NCBI GenBank assembly: GCA_965232845.1
Contig: OZ247428.1
Location: 1,031,011 to 1,095,010 of the forward strand
Direction of reading: 5' to 3'
DNA length: 64,000 nt
DNA from: Dehalococcoidia bacterium
GTDB lineage: Bacteria; Chloroflexota; Dehalococcoidia; Lucifugimonadales; UBA3495
Part shown: positions 1 through 9,961 of the stretch, one piece after another
How positions within the stretch are numbered: position 1 is the first letter of the stretch
Layout of the letters: the number at the start of each line of letters is the position of its first letter
The notes under the pieces: model-generated
Database searches by the model: none
The model's input: the letters and a program-made list of their open reading frames with translations, nothing else
What the model was told of the DNA's origin: nothing
Made by a program: the position numbers and the translations under genes

Positions 1-28
1 CGTTAGGTATGGAAAGCTTGGTCGCCAT
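1..28 (-). CDS. 5' start of the next ABC permease gene (probably urtC), truncated by the window edge
   Basis: ATG at 28-26 (MATKLSIPN...) lies 7 nt after the urtB stop; urt operons usually run urtABCDE. Only 9 codons are visible. Confidence 0.45.
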
Positions 29-35
29 CACTGTT

Positions 36-932
36 TTACCTGCCACGGGCCCGCATCAGGCCGGCCGGTTTCCATTGCAGGAACAGGATGACCATGGCGA
101 ACACCAGCACCTTGCCCACTACCGCCGTGGTCCCGAACTCAAAGACTGTGTTCAGTATGCCTATGATCAGGGCTGCCATTATGGTGCCAGGAATCTGACC
201 CAGCCCGCCCAGGATTACAACGATAAAGGCGTCCACAATGTAGAAAGTTCCCAGCGAGGGCCCGATGGGGCCGATGAGGGTAAGGGCGCACCCAGCAATC
301 CCGGCCAGTCCGGAACCCAGGGCGAAGGTAAAACTGTCCACCCGCCGGGTCGATACGCCCAGGCTGGAAGCCATTTCCCGGTTCTGCATAACCCCGCGCA
401 TCCGGCGCCCTTCGTTGGAGCGGTACATGTACCAGTAGAGTCCGCCCAGGCAAGCCAGAACCAGGCCGATGATAAAGATGCGCTTCATGGGCAGCAACAG
501 CCCCGAAGTGATGGTAATCCCTGTGCCAAGCCAGGTCGGGGCTACCACCTGGACGTTGGGAGCGCCAAAGATGGAGCGGGCCATCTGCTGCAGGAAGAGG
601 CCCACGCCCCAGGTAGCCAGGAGCGTATCCAGCGGGCGGCGGTAAAGAAAGCGGATTACCGAAGCCTCCACCAGGTATCCGGCGGCGGCGGCAGTCACAA
701 AAGAAGCGGGAATGGCGATGATGAAAGTAATGCTGGCCTGGGGGTCGCCGGTGTAGTGGGTCGCCACCTGCTGCAGGGCGTAGGTGGTGTAGGCCCCCAC
801 CATTATGAACTCGCCGTGGGCCAGGTTGATGACGTTCATCAACCCGAAAGAAAGGGACAGCCCCAACGCAGTCAGGAGAAGGATCGAACTAAGGCTGAGA
901 CCGTTGAATAGTTGTGATGCCCAGACTTCCAT
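36..932 (-). CDS. urtB: urea ABC transporter permease subunit
   Basis: [43 protein letters not shown] and [14 protein letters not shown] motifs; lies downstream of urtA. Confidence 0.9.
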   Translation of the reverse strand: MEVWASQLFNGLSLSSILLLTALGLSLSFGLMNVINLAHGEFIMVGAYTTYALQQVATHYTGDPQASITFIIAIPASFVTAAAAGYLVEASVIRFLYRRPLDTLLATWGVGLFLQQMARSIFGAPNVQVVAPTWLGTGITITSGLLLPMKRIFIIGLVLACLGGLYWYMYRSNEGRRMRGVMQNREMASSLGVSTRRVDSFTFALGSGLAGIAGCALTLIGPIGPSLGTFYIVDAFIVVILGGLGQIPGTIMAALIIGILNTVFEFGTTAVVGKVLVFAMVILFLQWKPAGLMRARGR

Positions 933-1152
933 TATGCCAACTTAAACGTTTCTTTGAAGAACCTTGTTAGTGACTCGGTATCACTGCAAATCAGGCGTTT
1001 TGTCCTGCGGACTTGGTAGAGAGCCCCTTTTTGGCTGCCCTGTCTTTTTGGCGAGACCACCCAAGACGGAACATTACCGAGTGGCTACCAATACCTTCGC
1101 GTTCTTACTAAATGCCATTCAAACCTTAACCCCAGAATCCAGGCAACCCTTG

Positions 1153-1196
1153 ACCAAGTTCCTTCCCACTTCACTAAGGAAGGTCGGGACGGGGGT
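1153..1196 (+). repeat. degenerate copy of a dispersed ~43-bp REP-like palindromic repeat
   Basis: accaagttccttcccacttcactaaggaaggtcgggacgggggt aligns with 4282-4324. Confidence 0.5.
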
Positions 1197-1428
1197 ACGG
1201 ACGCTAATTTCTTAGCTGAGGTCCTTTGGCTCCCCTTATGGCCTTCGGCATTGGCCCCAATGTCTATGACTTATTCAAAGCTTCCCATGAATCCTCGCCT
1301 GCAACTCATCCTTGGGCGCCTAATCAGAGTCTTTCGGTAAGATTCTAGACCCTTTGGCAAGCTAAGAGTGACTACTTTTCTAGCTTGGATAAACATTGGG
1401 ATTCCAGACCCGTTTACCCTTAGGCGTA

Positions 1429-1461
1429 GTTGACGCCCGGCCGCCACGACCGGGCGTCAAC
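1429..1461. terminator. perfect 12-bp stem-loop downstream of urtA (attenuating or mRNA-stabilising hairpin)
   Basis: gttgacgcccgg-N9-ccgggcgtcaac; no U-tract on the minus strand. Confidence 0.6.
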
Positions 1462-1525
1462 AGAAATGCTTTAACCTGTCGCAATTATAAGCGATTGAAC
1501 GGGTTTACCGGACCGTGTCTCCCGC

Positions 1526-2842
1526 TTACTGGGCCAACTCGCGCAGGCCGGCGGCCCATTCGTAGCTGTCCAGGTAGGGGTCGGGCACTACCGGGGTGCC
1601 GGAATTCCAGATCTCGTCAATTTGGCCGTCGCCACGGACCTTGCCGATACGGACCGTCTTGGAAACGTGCTGGTTCTCGTTGTGGATGGTAACAGTTCCG
1701 CCCGGGGCGGCAAATGTGATGCCCTTGGCCGCTTCCTTCACGGCCGCAACATCGGTAGAGGCAGCCTTCTCTACGGCGGCCTTCCAAAGGTACACGCCGA
1801 AATAGCCGGCCTCGATTGGGTCGTCGGTTACCCGGTTCGCACCATACTTGGCCTGGAAAGCCTCGACGAACTTGGCGTTCTCCGGTGTATCGGTGGTCTG
1901 GAAGTAATTCCACGCCACCAGGTGGTCAGTAATATTGTCGGCGCCGATGCCGGTGATTTCCTCTTCCGCCACGCTGACGGAAATGGTGGGCAGGTCCTCT
2001 GCAGAGATGCCAGCGTCCTTAAGCTGCTTGAAGAAAGCCACGTTGGAGTCGCCGTTCAGGGTGTTGAACACTACGTCCGGCTCAGCCGCCCTGATCTTCG
2101 AGATGACGGTACTGTACTCGGTATGGCCCAGGGGAGTGTACTCCTCACCTACGGCCTCGAGCCCCGCGGCCTCAAGCTGCTTGTTGATTATAAGGTTGGA
2201 AGTTCGAGGAAAGACGTAGTCGGAGCCCAGCAGGTAGAACTTGGTCTTGCCCTCCTGCAACAGGTACTCGATGGCCGGCACAATCTGCTGGTTGGTGGTT
2301 GCGCCGGTGTAGAAAATGTTCGGTGAAGTTTCCAGGCCCTCGTACTGGACGGGGTAGAAGAGCAGGCCGTTGTTGGCTTCAAAGACGGGAAGCATGGCTT
2401 TGCGGCTGGCGCTGGTCCATCCGCCGAAAACCACGGCCACCTCGTCCTCCTGGAGGAGCTTGCGGGCCTTTTCCGCGAAGGTGGGCCAGTCGGAGGCACC
2501 GTCTTCTATAACGACCTCAAGCTGCTTGCCCATGACGCCACCGGCAGCATTGATCTCTTCAATTGCCAGCAGTTCCGCATCGTGGACGGCGGTCTCGCTA
2601 ATGGACATGGTGCCGGAAAGGGAGTGCAGAATCCCTACCTTGATGGTGTCGGATTCCTCCGCGGCGGGGACCGCTTCCGGGGCGGGGGCAACTTCGGCGA
2701 CGGGTGCGGCCGTGGGCGCCGGTCGCGCCGTGGGAGCTTCGGAGCCGCAGGCAACGGTCAGCAGCATTCCGAGGCTGACCAGCAGGCTCAGGGAGAGAAA
2801 CCGTAGGGAACCTGGGAACCTGAGTAAGGGTAAAAGAGACAT
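1526..2842 (-). CDS. urtA: urea ABC transporter substrate-binding lipoprotein
   Basis: [42 protein letters not shown] and FYPVQYEG motifs; lipobox LTVAC followed by a Pro/Ala linker. Confidence 0.93.
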   Translation of the reverse strand: MSLLPLLRFPGSLRFLSLSLLVSLGMLLTVACGSEAPTARPAPTAAPVAEVAPAPEAVPAAEESDTIKVGILHSLSGTMSISETAVHDAELLAIEEINAAGGVMGKQLEVVIEDGASDWPTFAEKARKLLQEDEVAVVFGGWTSASRKAMLPVFEANNGLLFYPVQYEGLETSPNIFYTGATTNQQIVPAIEYLLQEGKTKFYLLGSDYVFPRTSNLIINKQLEAAGLEAVGEEYTPLGHTEYSTVISKIRAAEPDVVFNTLNGDSNVAFFKQLKDAGISAEDLPTISVSVAEEEITGIGADNITDHLVAWNYFQTTDTPENAKFVEAFQAKYGANRVTDDPIEAGYFGVYLWKAAVEKAASTDVAAVKEAAKGITFAAPGGTVTIHNENQHVSKTVRIGKVRGDGQIDEIWNSGTPVVPDPYLDSYEWAAGLRELAQ

Positions 2843-2959
2843 TTCGGACTTTTCCTCCTGACATTTCGATCGTCGGTCCTTTCAACGGGTGGCTCCCAGA
2901 GAGCTCCGGGATGCCAGCCATGTTAGCTAAAGCCGACAAAGAAAAAATAGAGGCTCCGT

Positions 2960-3019
2960 GTTACGTCTCCATTTCCCGCGTGTAAATACAAAGTAACATT
3001 GATGTTTCAATAATGTTTC
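2960..3019 (-). promoter_or_regulatory. six phased direct repeats (11-bp period) resembling GlnR/OmpR-type boxes upstream of urtA
   Basis: minus strand GAAAC-n6-GAAAC-n6-GTTAC-n6-TTTAC-n6-GAAAT-n6-GTAAC. Confidence 0.65.
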
Positions 3020-3228
3020 CGGCAGAGCGGTGGAAATTCCCAATAATAATGCAACAGATAAGGAGAGACCTGGAGGCTGACACCGCGAAACAATTGGTCG
3101 ATCTGGAACATAAATCATCCGAATCCGAAATACTTAACGGAGATTCGCCAATAGCCGTAAATAGTTGTGCGACTGTTCTGCGAAGGATTGAGGAAGTGGG
3201 GTCAAGAGAGCGGTCAGAAAAGGGGGAA

Positions 3229-4098
3229 CTACTCCGGGGTCGCCGGTTGCCCGGTCAGTCGTTCGCTCATTTCCCAAAGGCCGGAGGCCAGGACGGTGTC
3301 GTAACTCAAGGACGATGAAGGCACCGCGCGGCAGTCCACAAAGAACTTGCCGGTAACACCCTCCACTTCTGGCGAAGATGCCAGGAAAGTGAGTGTTTCC
3401 GCACCCTTAGCCGCATCGACCCCCCGAACCCTAATGAAGAAGTTAGCCACCCGGCCCAGGATGCCGTTGTTTCGCGCGATGTTGGTACGCACGAGGCCCG
3501 GATGCAGCGCATTAACCGTTATGTCACATCCATAAAGCTGCCGGGCCAACTCGTAGGTGAAAAGAATGTTGCAAAGCTTGGAACGTCCGTAGGCCCGGTA
3601 GCCGTGATCGCTGCCGGGTTTTGGGAGAGTCTCCAGGTCTAACTCGCTGGGAGAAAAGTGAGAACTGGAAGAGACATTGATGATCCGTGCCGGTGCCGAC
3701 TTCTTAAGCAGGTCCAGCAGCAACGTAGTCAAGAGAAAGTAACCAAGGTGGTTCAGGGCGAAGGTCATTTCAATGCCATCAACGGTGGTACTGTTGGACA
3801 GGAAGATCGCTCCGGCATTGTTAAGCAGTACATCCAGCTTTGGCAACTGTTCCTTGACCTGTTCTGCCAGCCGCCGAACTTCGACCTGCGACGAAAGGTC
3901 GGCCAGAAGCCAGCCAACTTCCCGGTTGCCGGTCTCATCGATTATGCGAGACGCAGCTTCTTCGGTCTTCGCAACGTTTCGCCCAACTATCAAAACTCGT
4001 GCGCCCATCCGGGCCAATTCCCGCGCCGCAACATAGCCGATGCCGTCGCTGCCACCGGTAATCAGACAAGTCTTGTCTTCCATGCTCGGAGAGACCAT
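3229..4098 (-). CDS. SDR family oxidoreductase (retinol dehydrogenase-like)
   Basis: TGGSDGIG, NNAG, FALNHLGYF, YGRSK. Confidence 0.9.
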   Translation of the reverse strand: MVSPSMEDKTCLITGGSDGIGYVAARELARMGARVLIVGRNVAKTEEAASRIIDETGNREVGWLLADLSSQVEVRRLAEQVKEQLPKLDVLLNNAGAIFLSNSTTVDGIEMTFALNHLGYFLLTTLLLDLLKKSAPARIINVSSSSHFSPSELDLETLPKPGSDHGYRAYGRSKLCNILFTYELARQLYGCDITVNALHPGLVRTNIARNNGILGRVANFFIRVRGVDAAKGAETLTFLASSPEVEGVTGKFFVDCRAVPSSSLSYDTVLASGLWEMSERLTGQPATPE

Positions 4099-4281
4099 TG
4101 CCGCAACCTCATTCTTGCCGGGTTTGGGCGCTTCTTGTTTAGCCAGACTTGGCTGAACCGACGTTTAGCACCAATGATCAGGGGTAACCATCCAGTCCAG
4201 GTGGCTTAGCCAGCGAACTCAGTAGGCGCAGCCGTGGTGGCCGCCCTGCCACTCTTTCAGAACCACCTAAAGAAACTTTAA

Positions 4282-4324
4282 ACCAGTTCCTTTCCTCTCG
4301 ACGGGGGAGGGCAGGATAGGGGTG
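4282..4324 (+). repeat. dispersed REP-like palindromic repeat copy
   Basis: accagttcctttcctctcgacgggggagggcaggataggggtg; related copies at 1153, 15923 (reverse) and 17705 (reverse). Confidence 0.6.
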
Positions 4325-4608
4325 TCGTCGCTCATTCTTATCGCTGATGCTCCTAAGATCCTCTGCAGGCTTTTGGCTTTCACTGCAATGTAGATGAGCG
4401 ATGTCGATGAACAATTGACAGTTTCCTGAAGCGGAGCCCTGTCCTGACCGAATATGCTTTGGGCGGCTCAAGAGCCACTTGTCCATGCCTTCATTTAGCA
4501 GGATGTAAGTTTCCAGGACCCTTTGGGTTCTACTAAGGGGAGTCATTCGCCAGGGGTCAAACAATTTCTGCTTTCAACATTGGCTGCCCCGACCAGGGCC
4601 CGACTAGC

Positions 4609-5502
4609 CTATGGCTCGGCAATAGGAAGGTTTGGGTAAGACTGCGAAGTCGGAAATGGCGCGGCAGGGTCAACTCGCCTCAGTTGAAAAGCCTCTGATC
4701 CCATTATCTCATCGACCCTTTGCGGAAATTCCTCGAACCGGTCCGCAAAGGCCCGGATCAGGCGCCCCGACAAGGCGCCGCAGTCGTCACTTCCCAGAAA
4801 GACCGCCAATTCCGCCGCCCGCTCAATGGAGGCACCCTGGCCGGACGTAACTTGCACTCCCCGCTCATAGGTGGCCGTGTCGCCAATTGCCAATGCCAGG
4901 TCCCGCGTCTCTTCCCACATCCTGGTATGAATGGAACCGGGACTGATCGCGTTGACGGTTATTGGAGTGTCCTTGAGTTCCAAAGCCAGATTCTCGGTGA
5001 AATTAACTATGGCGGTCTTGGCCGCGTCATAAGCAGAGGTGTTGGGGCCCCCAACACCCGACATATTGACTATGCGCCCACTGCCCCGTTCCAGCATTGA
5101 AGGCAGCACCGCGTGGCAGCCATAGAACACCCCCATCAGGTGCACGGAAATGGTCCGCGCCCATTCATCAGGATCGTTGTCCCAGACCGTGCCCACCGGA
5201 CCTATGTTGCCCGCATTGTTGACCAGTACGTCAATGTGACCGTAGTGGTCCAGGGCTTTCGATACTGCTTCGTCCACCTGCTCTCGACGGGATACATCTG
5301 CAATTATCGTGATAGCTTCGGCGCCGGATTGCCTCTCAACCAGTTGTGCCGTTTCTTCAAGTTCAGAGGCTGTGCGGGCAGTCAGCGCCAGCCGTGCCCC
5401 CTCGGAGGCATAAGCCTGGGCAATGGCTCTGCCTATGCCGCGACCTCCACCGGTTATGAGCACAACCCGCCCATCCAGCCTCTTGCACTCAGTCATTTGC
5501 AT
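4609..5502 (-). CDS. SDR family NAD(P)-dependent oxidoreductase
   Basis: TGGGRGIG, VNNAG, YDAAK, VNAISPG. Confidence 0.9.
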   Translation of the reverse strand: MQMTECKRLDGRVVLITGGGRGIGRAIAQAYASEGARLALTARTASELEETAQLVERQSGAEAITIIADVSRREQVDEAVSKALDHYGHIDVLVNNAGNIGPVGTVWDNDPDEWARTISVHLMGVFYGCHAVLPSMLERGSGRIVNMSGVGGPNTSAYDAAKTAIVNFTENLALELKDTPITVNAISPGSIHTRMWEETRDLALAIGDTATYERGVQVTSGQGASIERAAELAVFLGSDDCGALSGRLIRAFADRFEEFPQRVDEIMGSEAFQLRRVDPAAPFPTSQSYPNLPIAEP

Positions 5503-5598
5503 GCCTCCGGTTCAGCCCGCATTGAATGCCTTGGTGTTAGAATTGGACTTCATTCTACACCTCATATTGAAACCCATACCTCGGCAAGGAGTACAACC

Positions 5599-6183
5599 AT
5601 GTCTAACGTTACGGGAACCGTTAACTTCACCAGCATGGCCGAAGGCACCATAGAAGACTACGAGCTGCTGGAACAACTGGAGTCCGATTTCGCCAAAGGC
5701 ACCGCAGGCCGCGTGCTGGCAATGTTAAAAGAACTGGCGGGGTCACTGTCAGGCTACAAGGTAGACCGGCTTGAGCATTCCCTGCAATGCGCCAGCCGCG
5801 CCCATCGGGACGGTGCCGACGAAGAGGTTGTGGTAGCGGCGCTGCTCCACGACATAGGCGACCTCCTATCGCCATTCAACCACAGCGAACTGGCCGCGGC
5901 AGTCCTGCGCCCCTATGTTTCCGAACGCACTTATTGGATCGTGCTGCACCACGGGCTATTCCAAAGCTACTATTACGCGCACCACACTGGAGGTGACCGC
6001 CACGCCCGCGATGCCTACAGCGACCACCCCTGGTATCAGGACACAGTCGACTTTTGCCATCGCTGGGACCAGTCCTCCTTCGACCCTGACTATCAGTCTC
6101 TCCCCATGGAATTCTTTGAGCCGATGGTCCAGCGCATATTCGGACGGCCACCCTTCGAGAGCGGCCGAGAGATGCAGAAGTAG
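5599..6183 (+). CDS. HD-domain metalloenzyme, PhnZ/TmpB-like
   Basis: RLEHSLQ...AALLHDIGD...NHSE...HH...WDQ; start taken at ATG 5599 behind an AAGGAG RBS. Confidence 0.8.
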   Translation: MSNVTGTVNFTSMAEGTIEDYELLEQLESDFAKGTAGRVLAMLKELAGSLSGYKVDRLEHSLQCASRAHRDGADEEVVVAALLHDIGDLLSPFNHSELAAAVLRPYVSERTYWIVLHHGLFQSYYYAHHTGGDRHARDAYSDHPWYQDTVDFCHRWDQSSFDPDYQSLPMEFFEPMVQRIFGRPPFESGREMQK

Positions 6184-6371
6184 AGAATACCTTTAAGGTT
6201 CCTCGGTAAGCTCGCAAAGTTCAAGAACAGGTCATGCGCCATTTGATCCCGTTCCAACCCCTCCGCAATACCAAAGTGTTGGTTTTCGACTCCGGCATTA
6301 AGTATAATTGCGCTTAGCAACCTTAATTTAACTAACCAGCAAGGAAAAATGTTAAGAAAGGCGGTGACGTT

Positions 6372-7343
6372 ATGGGAAATGACTACAGTATATGCGTAGG
6401 AGCCGTGGGCTTTGGTGGTGGAGTTTGGCACAGCCCCGACACCGGCGAAACTTGGAGCCGCATCAGAGACCCCTTCGTACTTGGGACCCAGGTTAGGGCC
6501 CTGGCCGTATACCCGGACAACCCCAGCCGTATCCTGGCCGGCTCCGATCAGGGTATCTACCGCAGTGAAGACAAGGGCGCTACCTGGGCAAAACTATGGT
6601 CGCCCATGGACGGAATGCCCATCTGGTCTGTTGCCATTGACCCGGAAGACACCCGGACAATTTTCGTCGGAATCAAGCCGGCGGCCCTCTTCCGCTCTCG
6701 TGATGACGGCCAAAGCTGGGCCAAGCTTTCGGTGCAGATGGCCCAGGAATGCCATATCGGCCCGCCGATGGTTACAGCGCTCATGGTTGACCCCAATGAC
6801 CACCGCACCATCTGGGCGGGGGTCGAAGTGGACGGCGTATACCGCAGCCTGGACGGTGGCGACACCTGGACCCAGATTCAGGACGGCGTTCATCCTGACA
6901 TCCACGGTATGGCCATCAGCCCAGGCGAGTCCCACCGAGTCCTGTTCAGCACCCCCCGCGAAATCTTCTCCACCAATGACGTCGGTGAAAGCTGGCAGTC
7001 AGTAGTCAAGACTGACCAGTTTCCCCTGCCCTACAGCCGGGGCATCGCGTTCAAGCCTGGCGACCCCAACGTAATCTTCGCGGCGGTCGGCGACTCTGCC
7101 ATCGGCAGCACCGGAGTGATTCAGCGGTCCAGCGACGCGGGCAAGACCTGGGAAACCCGCCCCCTGCCGGTGGAACCCAATTCCAACATCTGGTCCTTTG
7201 TTACCCACCCGGCCGATCCCGACTTCATCCTCGCCTCCAGTCTTCTGGGCGAGGTTTATTCCAGTGACGACTCTGGCGATTCCTGGAAGAAGCTGAAGCG
7301 GGAGTTCAGTGAGGTAGGCGCTATGGTTTGGGTGCCTAATTAG
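6372..7343 (+). CDS. BNR/Asp-box repeat beta-propeller protein
   Basis: repeated SxDxGxTW Asp-box motifs (about 6 copies); no signal peptide. Confidence 0.85.
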   Translation: MGNDYSICVGAVGFGGGVWHSPDTGETWSRIRDPFVLGTQVRALAVYPDNPSRILAGSDQGIYRSEDKGATWAKLWSPMDGMPIWSVAIDPEDTRTIFVGIKPAALFRSRDDGQSWAKLSVQMAQECHIGPPMVTALMVDPNDHRTIWAGVEVDGVYRSLDGGDTWTQIQDGVHPDIHGMAISPGESHRVLFSTPREIFSTNDVGESWQSVVKTDQFPLPYSRGIAFKPGDPNVIFAAVGDSAIGSTGVIQRSSDAGKTWETRPLPVEPNSNIWSFVTHPADPDFILASSLLGEVYSSDDSGDSWKKLKREFSEVGAMVWVPN

Positions 7344-7369
7344 CAACCCAAACGGCAACAAGCATAATT

Positions 7370-7403
7370 GGGGCAGGCCGCAGTCAACGTTTCTGCCTGC
7401 CCC
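7370..7403 (+). terminator. stem-loop after the BNR gene
   Basis: ggggcaggc...gcctgcccc inverted repeat, no clear U-tract. Confidence 0.4.
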
Positions 7404-7818
7404 GCCCCCACTCCGGCTAACAGTTATCCACCATCCAGTCACGGCCAGGTACCGGGGCCCAATATCGTAGGTCGGAAAGTGGGTACTCCAATGATGAGCC
7501 TGTCGAACCATTCACTGCCGACATTCCTACAAGAGCTTGTAACCGCGGAATCGGTCGCCTGGACGCTAAAAGCAAGAGGCTCCAATCGGCGTCGCTGGCG
7601 GGTTTCCCTTTGCCGCCTTTCGGGTGTATCGTACAGGGCAATAAATGCTTAAAGCACAGGGCCCCGCTTTGTCCCGCGAAGGTGTATTGAAGAGTCAGTT
7701 TGATTGACTGGGGCACCTCCAAGAGTTTGGAATGAGGCTTCCCCGGCCAAGGCAATTTCCAGCCTGACCCTTTCCACCAAGTCACCCTTAAGGGCCCGGA
7801 CTGCGCGATCAAGGAGGC

Positions 7819-9120
7819 GTGTTGGCTAACCCCGAACATATAGCCATTGCTAAGTCCGGCTCCAATGCAATATCCCGTTGGCGGGAATTGACCTTCCTCG
7901 TTCCCAATGAGTCGCCAATTGTCTACCACCTGAATTACAGCCTGGGCGACCGGTCCACGGGGGAGACATTTGAACGGGAATTCATTCATGGCCGCGCTAA
8001 GCTCAACCTCTCCGGCGGCTACTTAAGCGGTACCAGGTTGCCGGGGGCCGATTTGGCCCACGACGATCTTAGCAGGGCTGACCTGACCGGATGCAATCTT
8101 CGACACGCCCACCTGTATGGCGCCAGCCTCCAGTCGGCTTATGTCTCGCGGTCGAACCTGTCATACGCCGATTGCACCATGGCCAATATGGCTGGCTGTT
8201 CCCTGGTCAGGAGCGACCTGTCCAACAGCATCCTGCACCAGGCCCAGTTGGCCGGGGCAGACCTCAGCTATTCGGACCTTCGGTACGCCAATTTGGAAGA
8301 AGCGAATTTGTCCGGCGCCAACCTCTCCTACGCCGACCTGTCGTGGACCAATTTGAGCGGCGCCAACATGAGAGGATCGCGATTGAACGCAACGGCTCTC
8401 ACACTGGCCGATCTGAGCGGCGCCGACTTGAGGGGCGCAACCATTACTAATGCCAATCTGGAGAGCACAGTTGTCGTGAATTGCCTGATGGGGTTCACGA
8501 AGGTAATCAATTGCGACTTGAGCAAGAGCATCGGTCTGGACTCGGCCCGCCATTCCGGTCCCAGCGCCCTGGGCCTCGATACCATAGCCAGGTCGGGTGG
8601 TTTAATTCCAAAAAGATTTCTGGAGAGTGCCGGCGTCGCTGAGCCTCTGTTGGCAGCGCAAGACGCGATGAGAGGTGTCAGCCGGTCTTACCCCACCGTC
8701 TTGATCGTCGGCTCCTCGGAAGACAGTGAATTTGCCGATCAACTCAGGTCAGGACTCATGGCGTCGCAACTTCCGGCCTGGACCATTGCCGCCGACGATG
8801 AAGCGGCTGTGCTGTCCGGTGGCATTCTCTTTGAACATACGCCCTTTTACGACAGCCTGGTCATGCTCTGCACCCCCCCTTCCCTGGAGAGCCCGCAAAC
8901 CAGCACATATCTGGCCCAATTGGCGGGCAGCCACCATACGGGTACAACTCAGAACGCGATAGCGCTGGCAACTGACGATCTTTTTTATCAGCGTGAGGAC
9001 TACCTGTGCAACTCCTTGCGAGAAGGCCAGGTCCTGGATTTCCGCGGCTGGGAAAACGCCGAAACCTACGAGGAGGCCTTGCGCTCCCTGGTGAGCCTCC
9101 TCACCAAGAAAGGCTTTTAA
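7819..9120 (+). CDS. pentapeptide-repeat protein with C-terminal degenerate TIR-like domain
   Basis: MLANPEH...WR N-terminus, a long A(D/N)Lxx repeat run, and a C-terminal SSEDSEFADQL...YDSLVMLC...LDFRGWE...YEEALRSL segment. Confidence 0.8.
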   Translation: MLANPEHIAIAKSGSNAISRWRELTFLVPNESPIVYHLNYSLGDRSTGETFEREFIHGRAKLNLSGGYLSGTRLPGADLAHDDLSRADLTGCNLRHAHLYGASLQSAYVSRSNLSYADCTMANMAGCSLVRSDLSNSILHQAQLAGADLSYSDLRYANLEEANLSGANLSYADLSWTNLSGANMRGSRLNATALTLADLSGADLRGATITNANLESTVVVNCLMGFTKVINCDLSKSIGLDSARHSGPSALGLDTIARSGGLIPKRFLESAGVAEPLLAAQDAMRGVSRSYPTVLIVGSSEDSEFADQLRSGLMASQLPAWTIAADDEAAVLSGGILFEHTPFYDSLVMLCTPPSLESPQTSTYLAQLAGSHHTGTTQNAIALATDDLFYQREDYLCNSLREGQVLDFRGWENAETYEEALRSLVSLLTKKGF

Positions 9121-9509
9121 GCACAGGTCCCACCAAAACAAACACGACATTGCAATATGACCCGTTTGCCCATCCCCCCACTGCCCTCGTCACCCTCTCA
9201 TCCCCCAAGAAGGTGTAAAAATAAAATACTTCTGCACTGTCCCAGATTAGAAACCAAGTCCGCTCCCTCAAACTCAAGCTGGCCCGGGGAATTTCCAAGG
9301 GATGGGCCGTCGCCGTCGCCGATGACCGGGAGGCTCCGCAGGTTGGCCGGCGGGTGGACGACACTGGGAAGCGCTTCCATACCTATGTCAACCTGCACCT
9401 CTGCGCCCGAAGGTGCCACAAGGCAGGCAGTCTACTTGTACCCCGCGATATCGTTCTGGCCCTGCACTCCGGGCTACGCCGACCTGTTGCGCTGGAATTT
9501 TCCCGCCCA

Positions 9510-9850
9510 GCACCCTGATTCGAGGGTGCTGACCGAGGCCCGGACGATGACCGGAAGGACCGCCTGCTTGCCCGCCCTGGCATAGTGGTACGGCGCGCCG
9601 TCTAACCGTTGACGGCCCTTACGTATTCTGTCACCAACTCGGCCATCGACCTCCTCTCCATAATAGAGTCCACTCGGCACCGGTCCGGATCCCAGCCGGA
9701 GAACACGTTACCGAAGAACCCGCCACCGGGAAGGCCGTGTTGTTGTGGGAAGGAAAGGTGTTGGGGAGACTTATGAAGCTGTGGACCCAGTCCTCCTTGC
9801 TCTTCCCGAACATCTTCACACAAACCCACGAGCCCGCACCCCAGATAACG
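9510..9850 (-). mobile_element. ISAs1-family transposase remnant (frameshifted)
   Basis: fragments in shifting frames: FGKSKEDWVHSFISLPNTFPSHN, FGNVFSGWDP, AVNG*TARR and AGKQAVLPVIVRAS, matching the ISAs1 LPNGIPSHDT / AIDGKT / GKxAIHMVSAWA motifs. Confidence 0.7.
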
Positions 9851-9961
9851 CCGCCGAAGCGGGAATCATCTCATGAATCTGGCCTACTCTTTGTCATGTT
9901 AAACTTGAAGTGTCCTCGGAATCTCAGTAACCAAACCGTCTCCCAAAGGTCAAGATCGGGC

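Noticed and set aside
5113-5598. N-terminal extension of the HD protein
   Set aside because: It overlaps the divergent SDR gene; a clear RBS and ATG lie at 5599.
7492-7510. TGATGAGCCTGTCGAACCA, resembling half of a second REP-like family
   Set aside because: Single short half-site with no partner arm or second copy in the window.
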